From contig RSEE01000076.1 of the NCBI GenBank assembly GCA_003971905.1, positions 62,001 through 126,000 of the forward strand: a stretch of DNA of 64,000 nucleotides, in the 5' to 3' direction. The position numbers and the translations under genes were made by a program. The notes beneath the pieces are model-generated. The model worked only from the letters and a program-made list of their open reading frames with translations, made no database searches and was not told where the DNA came from. Of the stretch, positions 23,009-35,213 are shown one piece after another. The stretch is from Moniliella sp. 'wahieum'. Its lineage: Eukaryota. The number at the start of each line of letters is the position of its first letter. The stretch's first letter is position 1.

Positions 23009-25667
23009 TCACCTGAGGTTCGAGCCCTTAGAGCCCTTAGAGCCCGGCCGAAGACGAGTCAACGGGGTGCGTGTGAGTGGCCAATCGGTGGGTCGGGACC
23101 GAGGCCGCGGGAACGGCTGAGGTGGTAGCCGTCGAAGAGGTAGCCTCAGCCTCCGCAACGACAACGGTGGGGGGATAGGCGCATCCAAAGAAGAACGTTT
23201 CTTATCTTTATCTTCTTTGAGCGGGCATCTTGGAGATGGACTCGGAGAGCGAGTGAAGCGATGGGGCCCGAGGGGTAGATTTGGTCCGAGCCGCTGCTTG
23301 GGCCTTGGCTTGCGCCGTAAAGGCCGTCGCGTAGTCCTCCACTTCCCGCGCGCATTGTCCATGGCATCTTGGTACTCGGCCTCATCGGGTGCGTCGTCTA
23401 CAATTGGTTGGGGCAGAGCCAAGTCCGGAATGCTCTCGCCCGCCAGGGACGATGCCTTGGCGTCTTCCCCAGTGTGGGTCGAGGCGAGCGAAGGAGACTG
23501 CTTGAAGGACAAGCGGGGAGTGGATGCCTTGCCTGGAGGAGGGCGATGTAGACCTGAAGCAACCCAGCCAAACAAGACCTCGTCACTGACCCATGCCCCA
23601 GGAGGTGCGTACTCAGCAGGCGCAGGCAGCCCCAACTGGCTCACGGTATCTACCGCATCCGACTTGCGCTCGCGACGTGCACGATCAATCATCGTGCGTT
23701 TGTATTGCTCATAGTCGGGCCAGATTTGAGGTGCAAGTTCGTCGATCAACTCTTGCAGGTTCTTGGACAACTTGCGCCGTGTTTGTTGCAGCGATTCAAT
23801 TTGGTTCCCGCGTCCAGGAATCAAACTGAGGATCAAGGGCGGGAGCGACTTGTAAATGTCCACGCCCGCCTCCCCAAACTTGATCGTGCTGTAGGCCAGC
23901 AAGGGTAGTGCGGCGAGGGCAGACAAGGGAGCGAGCCACCAAGCGTGAGCTTGAGGCAACACATCACGCGTGTAGAGGTAGTACGACAAAATAATCGCGT
24001 AAATCGAGTACAGGATGGGGGCCATGCCCAGCGAGACAAGCACTTTCCAAGTAGCTAGAACGTCGCGACCTTGGAGTTTGACCTGAGACGCAGCCAGAGC
24101 CTCCTTGGCCTTTTTACGACTGATCACCTTGGCAACGATAAAGATTGGTACGTTCAGGATGAACCCAGGCAAGGCCAAGCTGCCCCACAAGGCCAACAAG
24201 AAGACCCTGTACATCAACAGCCCGCCCACTTGCCAATCAGCTTGGTGTGCCACCTCGACCTGGTGATCCCGCAGCCCTGCGTCCTTGAGTTTTCTGTTGT
24301 AGGCCAGCACGTCGGCCTTGAACTGTTGGACACGAGGGTTGTCTTGAAACCGGAGATAGCCCAAAATAAAACGGCGGTTCAGATCCACAACCTGGCCCAA
24401 AGTCAAGCGGGCATGGCTCGAAGGCGGCATGGGTCCTTGTCCTGTTTCCTGATCTCCCCCTGCCTTTCCGTCAAGAGATGCTGCGCCCTTAGTATAGGCC
24501 ATCCCAGGTGGCACATACAGACGTCGACCGGCTTGGATGAGCTGAAGCGTCTCATAGTCCGGGGAACGTACGGTAACCGACTTGATTCCATCGTAGACAA
24601 TTTCCATCAACTTCTCCACTGCCTCGCGCTTCTTGTCCCCGCCTTGAGAAAACATATGAACTAGGTCCGATGGCACCTCGATCGGGCTTCCAAACTCGAC
24701 CACCGCACGCGAGCGGAACTTGTGAGGGTGGAAATACGACATGCCGACCGGTACGATGCGCACCTTGAGCTGGGGGTTGGATTCCATCGCGCCCAGGGCC
24801 ATAATGACCACACCGCGTTTGAGCGGGAGCAAGTCCGTCCGGTCATGAGAGCCACCTAAAAGCAAGTAGGAGAGGGGGGAGGGGGAATCGTCAGTCACTC
24901 AAGCACGCTCAAAGCGAAAAAAAGAGCAGGACGGACCTTCAGGGAAGATCCCGAGACTTCCGCCTCGGTCAGCTTCTTGAACACCTGACCATACATTTGA
25001 GATTGGTCAATGTAGGGAAACACAGTGAACTCGACACCAGGCAATGGGGTATCGGCATCCAAAGGCGAGACCGCGAACGAGGACAGCGCTTGAGTAGCCG
25101 ATAGCTTATTGGACACATCCTTAAACTTGCGTTTGATGCGACATTCCGTGTCACTGATGATCTCCTCCACCTCAGCGGACGAGGAGCCAAAGGACTTGGG
25201 GAGGACAAGTTGGCCGCGAACTTCGAGCTGCTTGGTAAACTGGGTGTTGTACCCCTTGATGCGCAGTTCATTGGGGACGGCACCGGGGTCAGCGGGGAAG
25301 AAGGAAATGCGGCCGATGCCGGGCTTGGCGCGGTCTGCGGCGGACGACGGCGATGGAGCCAAGTGCGCGGGCAGCGGGCCGATGAACTTGCGGTGCAGGC
25401 TCTTTTCGGCGGTGAGGAAGCTGACGCGGCGGCCGGAGGCGCGGAAGGCCTCGTTGCCTAGCAGGAGCGGGTCGAGGAACTGGTTGTGGTGGGGTGCAGC
25501 GGCAAAGATGACGGCCGTGCCATCGTTGACGGCGGGGATGTGCCAGGCGCCCCGGGGGCGATGGAGCGGAAGAAGATGCGGAGGACGACGCGCCAGAAGC
25601 ACAGAGCCAGGTCGAAGACGAGGGTGGCGAGCGTGTAGGCGGGCGCGGCGGCGGGGCCGGTGGACAT
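23009..25667 (-). CDS. SCT1: Glycerol-3-phosphate/DHAP sn-1 acyltransferase (Sct1/Gpt2 family); intron ~24856-24937; 3' end uncertain
   Basis: PHHNQFLDP (HxxxxD), FPEG|GSHDRTDLLPLK, VPVGMSYFHPHKFRSRAVVEFG, GRDVLATWKVLVSLG. Confidence 0.9.
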
Positions 25668-27791
25668 GGCGGCGGGGGGGGGGGGGGGGGATCGGGTGGG
25701 GATGGGGGTGGGGATGCGGATGGGGGTGCGATGGGGCGTGCGGATCGACAGGCGGGACCGCAGCCGAGCGCAAGGCAGAAAGCGCTGGCAACCGACGTGT
25801 GGGAAGAACGAACGAAGCGAGGCGCAGCCGACCGTCCACTAATCATCCATCAATCATTAATCATCCCCGCCCCGCCCAGCACGCGGACGCACGGTGCCAG
25901 CGTGGAGGGCTGACGTCAGCATCCTTTCTGTGCATGCGGTCCTGCACCCCCGCATCCCGCCTGCTAGTTCTACGGGTTTTCCCCCCGTGTCTGTTCCGTG
26001 GCGTGCTCTACTATTTGTGAGCGATTCTCCTCATCTCATCGGCATGGCATAGTATGCTTCCAACTTTGGTACTGTGTGAGCCTCTTCGACTGTTGCTCAT
26101 TACTCTGTACTACATCATACTCATCAACCATTGAAACATGACTGCGGAGCAAGCCAATGCGGCAAGAAAGCCAAGAAGTGCCAGAGGCGCACCCCACGAC
26201 CTCTCCGGACGACAGCACACATCTTGGAGAGACTGGTACAGTCAAAAAAATAGCCGAGATGGGTTTGGTTTGGGACCGATGGTCCTCATCAATATTCAAT
26301 CCCATCCCTCGAGAAATACGCATGTTTTCTCTCGGCAGGCCTCAGGTCACTACGAATTATATATTCTCTCAGCTGTGATCTTAGGGCGCTCAGTGCTTGG
26401 TCCGCTTCTAGTAGCGACGGGGAAAAGCCTCTTTTGAGGACTTGCGGTGGTGGACTCCGTTTGCAACCCGTTTGGGTGCAGATTTTTTGGTACTGAGCGA
26501 TTAATGTGCAGCAAACGGTGGGATTGATGGGGGGTAAATAAAGTCATGACATTCACTGCATTGTTCCCAAAAGAGCTATTACGCTCCGATATTGACAGGA
26601 AGCGCGGAGAAGGAACTAAGAACACCTCTGATGCGTGCATCTAGCCGAGCCAGCCTGCGTTCTGTGGTGCCTCCACTGAGAGGGACTCTTGGGCCCACGC
26701 AGTTAGTTAGTCAATGTACTGCCGAGCTAGCCTGCCCTCTGGTGCGGTGCAGTCCCTGGGTGTGCATGTCATCGATCATCAGTGAAACACGCGAGTCAAC
26801 CGCACACCACCGCTCCGTTAGTATAGGAACTCCTTTCTTGGGTTCATTTATCGTATAGCTGTCCCCCGACGTTTCTGGGGACCTGACGTGTGCGCTGACG
26901 TGCGGCGCGGTGGCCGTCTCAGCTCAAGCTACCCAGGCCGGCGAAGAGAGCGTGCGAAGGCTAAAGTCCGCCTCACCGAGCGCCAGGGCGGTACCGATCT
27001 GGATATATCGTCTCTTCTGACGCGGATAGAATGACTGATCGGATGATAGTCAACGTTCAACAGTTGTTTTCTGTCTGATCAAGAGGGAACCAGGCGGCAG
27101 TCCGGCTCGACTGCGTTCTGCCCCGACTGGACCCAGGCCCTTCTCCTGACCCCATATAACCTTGCTCTCCCATTGCATCTGGGACACGTGCCCCTCACCT
27201 CGACCCTGGTATTACATTATTGTGCGTCAGAAGGTACATTACGCGTTACATCTCCCCGTCGCAACGTGCAGTGGCATCAAAATCAAAGAGCGTGAGATTG
27301 GATTGCAAAGATGGGGCGAGGGGGCTTCAAGCTTCAAGCGCCAGACAAAAGCCAGTCCAACAGAGCACTGGCAGAGCACGGCCAAAAAAGTCAAAGCAAG
27401 TACCCGCAAGTCACGCACGTACCGCAAGTCACGCACGCACCGCATGGAAAGCATGGCAATTCAAGTGGATATCAAACGTATCGCCAGGACGATGTGGGAG
27501 CAAGAATATGGTACCTCCACCGTCCCAGGACGCGCAAAGTACAAAAAGTGGCAAAGGGAAGAAGCAACGGGCAAAGCCAAAGGGAAGGGAACGGGGAAGA
27601 GGGAAGAGGGGGGGGTAGAGGCCCTGGCCTGCAGGGTGCATATACTATGGCGAGAGAGAGCGCGAAACGAGAGCGAAAGAGCGAGAGAGGGGAGAGAGAG
27701 AGAGAAGGGAGAGGGAAAGAGGTAGAGGTTGAAGTAGACGGGAGAAGTCTACTGAGCCAACCCCATAACCGAAGCATGCTCAACCTCCTCC

Positions 27792-30700
27792 TCAGCGCGA
27801 CGTCGGAGGGGAAGGGAAGAGTTCGGACCGACCGTATTCCTCCCGGATGCGCTGGGACGGGGTAAGGCATGCGCCCGTCGCATCGGCCGGTACGCCCGAC
27901 ACATTCGATGCACGCACAGTACCGCCCGCACTTGCACTTACCGCACTGGACTGCGTCCATTCTGATTGCCCTGACACGTGCCGCGGTGGACAGAGCAGGC
28001 GCTCGGTACGGTCCGTCCTGTCAGGGCCACCCTGCGACGTGGAGGACAAGGGTACGCGCGACCGGTGCACGTCCGAGAAGGGATCGGCATCGGCATCGAG
28101 ATCAGGATCCAGATCGACATCGGGATGGAGATCCAGACCTACCATGCCATGGGTTCCGGCTGCGCTCGCTCCGTGGTCCGCTTGGGCGTACTCGTACTCG
28201 TGACGGTGGGGAGGCGCGGTAGCCAAGAACGGATCGCCGTCCCATCGTTCCGTTAGTTCAGGCGACGCGTCCGCCCCGGTTTCCGACATGATCTGCGCCC
28301 CGCCCAGCATGGGTGCGGGGACTGTACCGTGAGACGCTTCCGTCCTGCTCCATTGTCTGGTAGGTGGCTGCGGCGGCGAGCGGGCGTGGGACGAGCTAAG
28401 TCCAGAGGCAGGCGTAGGTGCAGAAGCAGAAGCAAGCGCAGGTGCAGGCGCGGGTGTAGACAGACCAAATAGATCATCCTGTTCAGCCGGGTCGAGCTCC
28501 CAACGTTCGCGCAAGCCGTACGAGCGAACGGTGGCTGCGCGGTGCGGGACCGGGGTCGTACTAGCATCCGCATCGCGGGTGGAAAATGAGCGGATGGTTC
28601 CTGTACGTTGGAGGCGGCCGGAGGAGGTACCAGTAGTACCAGGAGGATGAAGTTGTATGAGAGTTTGTTCTTTCTCTTCTTTTGGCAACACCACCATACG
28701 GATCCTGCCAGGGCGAGGAGCACGACGCCCAGAGCAGTACACACGCCAATCAACGCGTTTCGTACTGTATGGTTCCCCGATCCACTCGAGTTGGCATGCA
28801 GTTGCGACGCCGAGGCCGACGTGCCAGCGGCGGTGAGGATGTTATAGCTAGGGTCCAGGTACGAGGCCAGCTCTTTGCTCACCGGCGAAGTTTGCTTGGT
28901 AAATATGGGCGAGGTGTGGTTCTTTAGTGCCGCTTGCAGCGCCGCCACTTGGCCCGAGGGGATGTAGCAAATATACAGTGTGGAGGCGTTCCAGTTTTTG
29001 GCTGTGGCAGCCTTGACGGCCGAGTTGGTTGCGTCATTGTACGCTTGTAGTGACTCGGTCGTCACGTTTTCCTTGGGGATCCCCAGTCCCTGTAGCGCAC
29101 TCCAAGGTCAGTTTCGTTTCCCTTTGTCACACAGGCATCGCGCAGAGCAAACAGGACGTACTACAGCCAATACTTGCGGCATGAACTGGAACAACTGCGC
29201 AGGCAATTCACCTGCATTGGGCCCAGCCACGCTGGGCCAGGAGAGCGAGTCAATAAAGTGAATGGCAACACTAGTTGTGCCAGCTGGCTGGGTCGCCACG
29301 CCCATGGGTTGCACCGAGCCGGGGAGGGAAGGCGTATTGGTCGTGCTCGGTGGGCCGGAAGAACTGGATGAGGAAGGAGATGCACTGGGCGTCGCCGACC
29401 CACCATTGTGATTCCCCCACCAGACCTCCTCCTCCAGATCCCGATCCAGGACTGGAACCCCACCCGGAACCCGAGCCTTGTTGGGTATAGTGGCCTCCGC
29501 CCGACGTCGAACTAGCAGAGGAAGATGGCCGGGGGGATCAGGAGAGACGAAGTGGGTGCATAACTGTAAGGGTCGTTGGTGCTGCTGCTGCTGGAGCTGC
29601 TGCTGGAGCTGCTGCTGGAGCTGCTGCTGGAGCTGCTTGAGGTGGTGGAAGAAGATTGATGAGAGCTGTGCCATGAGTGCCCCCCCCATCCCGTATTGGA
29701 TTTGCTTGAGGAGGACCAAGACGGGGTAGTGCTCGAGCTGCTGGACCAGCTGGAGCCAGTTGGCGACGAGGAGATCGTGGAGCTCCATGTAGCGGAACTG
29801 GAATTGCTTGAGAAACCAATTGAGCTGGACTTGGTGGACGAAGAGAGCCCAGATGAAAGAGAGCCTGAGAAAGAGCGGGAGAAGAAGCCATGCTCGAGGA
29901 ACTTGAACGCGAGAACGGCCACCACCATGATTCCGATTGAAGTATTCGCGGATGAAGACGAGCCACTCGCCGATCCCGAACTGGACCGCCCCCCGAAGAG
30001 GAAGCCGAGGACCATGGCGGCACCGAAGTGACGGTTGGGCGAGAGCTGGACGCAGAAGATTTGGAGCCTGAAGACCCACTCGACCCACTCGACCCACTCG
30101 ACCCACTCGACCCTGACGAAAGGCTGGACCGAGACGACGAGGAAGAAGAGCCAACCGGGGGGAACCACCAAGGGGTAGAGTCCGAACTGGAACGACCCGA
30201 GGAAGAAGCTGACGATGCAACACTCCCGCTGGAGCTCGACTTGGCACCATAACTGGAACTGCCCGAGTTGGAAGCGACCGTGGCAGACGATGAACGAGCA
30301 AACGAACTTGTCGGTCCCGATCCCGATCCTGATCCCGATACTGATCCCGATTCGGACCCGGACCCGGACCGAGACGAGGAACGTGACGAAGAGAGGGTCG
30401 AGGAGAGAGGCGCATCCACCATGGTTGCGAATCCGAATCCGAGCTTCCACCGGACCCGGACCCGGATCCCGAGCCGGAGCTACTACTGTCCGACGCGGAG
30501 CTGCTTCCGGATCCCGAGCCTGATCCCGAACCGGATCCTGATCCTGATCCCACAGACGAGCTGGAGTGGGACGGTGACCAACTCGACAGGCCCGAGGAAG
30601 AAGAGGATCCACTGCCGCCCGAGCTCGAACCCGGGACGGAGCTACCGCCACTTCCAGATCCAGTGAAAGATGAATGGTCCAACGAGCTTGTCGATCTTGA

Positions 30701-31057
30701 TCTTGATCCTGATCCTGATCCTGATCCTGATCCTGATCCTGACCCTGAGGAAGACGGGGAGGGTACCGAAGAAATGGAGGAGGAACGGGAAGAGCGAATC
30801 GAAGATATAGGTGGCATCCACCAAGGCTGCGAGTCGGATTCGATCCCGACCCCGAGTCGCTCCCAGACCCCGAGCTACCAGAGGAGGAGCCCGAGCTTAC
30901 CGTTGCCGCAGTGGAGGAGGACGAGGAGCGTGAGTGAGAGTGAAAGTGAGAGGATGGGTAGGATGAAGAGCTACGCCAGGGCAGGAATGTACTGCTTTGG
31001 CTTCCATTGTCACTGCCACTGCCACTGCCGCTGCCACTGCCACTGTCACTCCCATCT

Positions 31058-31094
<37 letters not shown>

Positions 31095-32284
31095 GGGTGC
31101 TGGACGCCGAACTCGTGTGGGAAGAGGAGGACGGGGAGATGCCGCCCCAAGGACGGGAAGACAGTGAGGGTAGCCACCACGGAGCCGAAGAGGATGTCGA
31201 AGAGGATGCCGAAGAAGATCGCCAAGATGGGGACTTGGATCGGGTGGAGGAGGTAGACGAGGAGCGAAGCGAAGTGGGGGCATGGTGAGACAAGTGGTGA
31301 GTGGAGGAAGAAGATGGGTTCGAGCTGGGTGCCTCTGAGCCGCTGGATAGGTCCCAAGGATTGGAAGAAGATGTGGGACGGTGGGAAGAGGCAGAAGACA
31401 AGCTGGGCATCCACCACGGTACCGAGTCGGAATCGCTTCCCTCGCTCGAGTCTGAGCCCGAGTCAGAGCCCGAGCCCGAGCCCGAGACGGACGCAGACGA
31501 ATGCGAGCGTGAGCTGGAGGAAGGACGATTGGAACCGGGTTGTGAGAAGCAGAATGGGAGTAGGAAGAAGAGCGATGGTTCCAGGGAACAGAGCTGCTGT
31601 GCGTGCTGGAGCTAGAGTCGCTCCAGCTGGAAGTTAGGGAACGGGAGTGGTGCTGGTCAGAGGAAGCTCCCGAATCGCTGCCCGAGTCCGAGTCTGAGCC
31701 GGATCCGCTGCCCCATCTGGAAGGAGAGGTGGAAGCAGATCCAGATCCAGATCCAGATCCAGATCCAGATCCAGATCCAGAATGGGAAGAGGGATGATGA
31801 CGGGAGCTAGAGGAGGTGTGAGACCAAGAGCGAGACGGGGCCGATGAGCTGGAGCCGGAGGCTGAGCGTGAGTGGTGGTGGGAGGAGAAGAAGAAGCGGA
31901 CGACCACCAGGGTGCGGAGTGGGAAGAACTGGGGTGGTGAGACGTGTGCTGCTCGTCGCTGGAGGAGTCGGACCCGGTGGAAGCCTGAGAGGCGTTTGCG
32001 TCGGAGCCCGAGTCGGAGCCAGAGCCGGAGCCAGAGCCGGAGCCAGAGCCGGAGCCAGAGCCGGAGGAAGGCAGGGACGGGATCCACCACGGATGGGAGG
32101 CAGAGGAGGAGGAGGAAGACGGATGGTGGAGCGCGTGCCGACGGACAACGGCGGCGGCGAGACGCGAATGGGGCGAGTGGAGCAGGGGCCGGTGGAGGCG
32201 TGGGCGGAGACCAGGGGGGTGAGGAGAGAAGGAGGAGGAAGAGGAGGAGGGCAGGCGGGCGAGCGCGGCGACGCGGGGGCGCAT
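27792..32284 (-). CDS. MSB2: Signalling mucin (Msb2/Hkr1-like): signal peptide, ~900-aa Ser/Gly-rich stalk, globular juxtamembrane domain, one TM helix, cytoplasmic tail; many frameshifts
   Basis: N-terminal MRPR..ALLLFLLLLS; long Ser-rich frames; SVAIHFIDSLSWPSV..PAQLFQFMPQVL, LYICYIPSGQVAALQ, SKELASYLDPSY; TM ALIGVCTALGVVLLALAGSVWW followed by basic residues. Confidence 0.7.
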
Positions 32285-35213
32285 CGCGGTGGGCGGGGTG
32301 GCGCCAGGCCAGGCCAGGCGGGACGAAGGAGAGACGGCGGTGGGGGCGGGGGCGGGGGCGGCGGTGAGGGCGAGGGTGAGGGTGAGGAGAGGAGCTGCGC
32401 CAGGCAGGCAGGGGGCAGGGGGTGGGTGGTGGGGGCAGACGCAGAGGAGCATCCAAGAGCAACGCACCGCCCCAGCACACACTGCCCCTGCTGCTCCTCG
32501 CTCTGTCGGGTGTATGCCGGGCGCAGCAGCCCCCACGCGTGCACGGCGCAGTGCCCGCCCCCGGCCCAAGGGCGCAGGCCATGCAATATGCATGGTCGAT
32601 CATCGATGGCGATGACGTCGATGACGGCCGAGCCACTGGCTTGCGGCTGCGCGCCTGGCTCGCCCCGTGCCCCTGCCCCACCGCATGCTGCGCAGTGGCA
32701 CGCCGCCGGCGCCCTGGCAGCGCTCTTGCTCCGGCTCCACGCCCGTGCATGCGGGCGCCACGCCGCTTTCCCCCAGGCCGCAGGGCCCCAATACCCCAGT
32801 GCTCCGCTGCTCAACGCTCACCGATCAACGCAGCCGACGCGGACACTGCGGCGGTGCGGAGGCCACGCGGGTGCCACGCCAGCGCACCCTGCCGCCCCCT
32901 CGCTCGGACATTCGACGCGGCGATCCACTGGCGTCTGCCCCCTGCAACCCACCGCATCAGGTGCATGGCGGCGGCCACCGGCGCACGCGACCCTCGCCCA
33001 CACACCTCACCTCCACCCTTCCCCTTAGCGGCGCGCATAGACAACTAGACAAACGCGCGGTGCGACCCGAGGCGCCCCCGGCACTAGCCATGCGGCCAAA
33101 TACGATCCCCACCTGCTGTCGCACGGTGCGGCGCGTGTCGCATATGCAAAAGACCAGAGAGCAGGCAGATGGTAGTGCATCATGGCATGAGCGACAGACG
33201 CTAGTAGAGAATGTTCCTGCCTGCCAGCAACTAAGGACTAGTATAGCAAGGAACGAAAGCCCGAACCTTCCGGGCTTGGGCTACCGGGCCACTACTACTA
33301 CACCCGTGTCGCGTCCCAAAAGCCTACTGTGGCTCCCGTGGGTACTATGCATGGATACGGTTCAGAAGTCTGCAGGGAGAGCGAAAGAGAGCAGAACACC
33401 AAAACAGAGTATTTCCCAGAAAGAGAGACGCCGAGCACGCATACTGTGCAATAACCCGCAACCGCATAACACAAGATACTAGTAATACCCCTTTTCGTCG
33501 CTCGGTACACTCCACTCTCTTCTCGGTGCCATCCAACACGTTCGCACTGTTTTTCCAGGGCCGTCACGGACAACCATGGGACGCATCGTGAGGGATGGTA
33601 TGCCGGGTGCAAACGACTCAGTGAGGGTGTAACCATAGACTACATCGCTGAAACCAAGGTACGCGCCAGCCGGACGCTAAGGTTTCTTACAGTACCCCGA
33701 ACCACTGAAGTGACCGTCATCTCACCCGCAGCACAGTTCTACCATCACGATGCATCACACGCACAGCTGAGTGCATCCATTTCTTCCTTCCCATCTTTAG
33801 GTCAAAGCTATACTACATCCCCAACAGGTATCATCGGGAGGGGGGAATGCCTGCAGCCGCACCGTCAGGGTACCCCCCCCGTCCTTTTGCGGCTGTATGT
33901 CCATGTGCAGGCGGCAGCGCGAGCGGTCTAACGCCCAAGCACTGTCCAGGGAGAAAATAGCAGCGGGGGATCTTCCTTTGTGAGAAGACCTAGCGGTACA
34001 CCTGCCCTGCTGCACGATTCGCGTTGACGCCAGGTCGTCCCCAGATCAAAACAGTGGGTGCTATAGTTCGTGTAGTCCCTCAGGTCTCACGTCACGTCGG
34101 ACGTTCGTTAGATCGCCTGGTGGGCTCCTGTATGACGGACCCGATTCGAATGAGAGTAGAGGGCGTGACACGTCGCGGGCCCCTCGCGATCCAGCCAGAG
34201 GCCTTAGGTCTTAGACCTTAGGCTCCCTAATACCGCTCCAGGTCCCGACAGAGGCACGTGCGGTTCCTCAATCCAAGTCCGAATCTGAATCCGAATGCGA
34301 GAATGTGGTTCCAAATCAAGAAGCATCAGGGCAAGGTATGAGGCACGACGGAAGACGAGGACTTTTTGCACTGTCCCCATGGTCCGGTCAGGAAGGGGGA
34401 GAGGCAAGTGCGGATACGGTTCCGGACCAATGCAGTGCGAGCCTGACGTGGTTGAGTGCCATGACGCATGGTGATGATCTGTTTGCCCCCTTTTTCCTCT
34501 GTGTGGTCTGTCTCCCTATAGGCTTCTTGGTGTACTTGCCAATATGGGTTTTGTTATCTTTGTGTGAGTGCAGGCCCGACGCAGTCCGCGGTCGGTGTGC
34601 AACGTCGGGGTTCCGGGTTGGTGGGGTCGTGGGCATTGGCATTGGCATTGGCATTGGCATTGGCATTGCCATTGGCATTGGCTGGTTGTCTATCCAATTC
34701 GGTCTGACCGCTCACTCCTCAGCGAGAAAGGAGGCCGGCGCACAGCATCTACGTGAACACCCCATCCACCCCATCCATCGCGTCTGCTGCTTGTTGGCTG
34801 CAGTTGCGTCGTCCCGCGGCGCGTCACGAACAAACGTCGACGGCCGAAAACACGCATAGCAACCGGATGCGCGGGGACATATCACCTCGGATCATTGATC
34901 TGATGCTCTCGGCTGAGCGTTCGCAAGCTCGGGATAGATGTGTGGTGCACGCGGCCGAGAAGACGCGGGATGTGATGCGGGCCGCTGGGCGCGGGTGATG
35001 GGGGTGATGTGCGCGGCAACCCTAGGGGGGCGGGGGCTGTGTGGGCGCGGTGTGATGGCGGGTGTGAGACGGGTGTGATGGCGGGTGGCACGGGGGCAGC
35101 GTGGCTACCCGCGGCGGTGCGGGCAGCGTGAAAGCGCGGTTGGGCAGCCACGCACGCAGAAGCCGCTGCTGGGGGATCTCCAGTCTCTTCTAGCCCTCCT
35201 TTTCCCATCTGCC

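Noticed and set aside
25960..27300. Protein gene in the lower-GC island
   Set aside because: Only short ORFs with no recognisable motif; the same applies to 5.6-8.6, 33.1-34.2 and 63.1-64.0 kb. Frameshifted lineage-specific genes cannot be excluded.
29478..33482. Long plus-strand Glu/Asp/Pro-repeat ORFs
   Set aside because: They are antisense shadows of the Ser-rich mucin and of GC-rich, stop-poor DNA.
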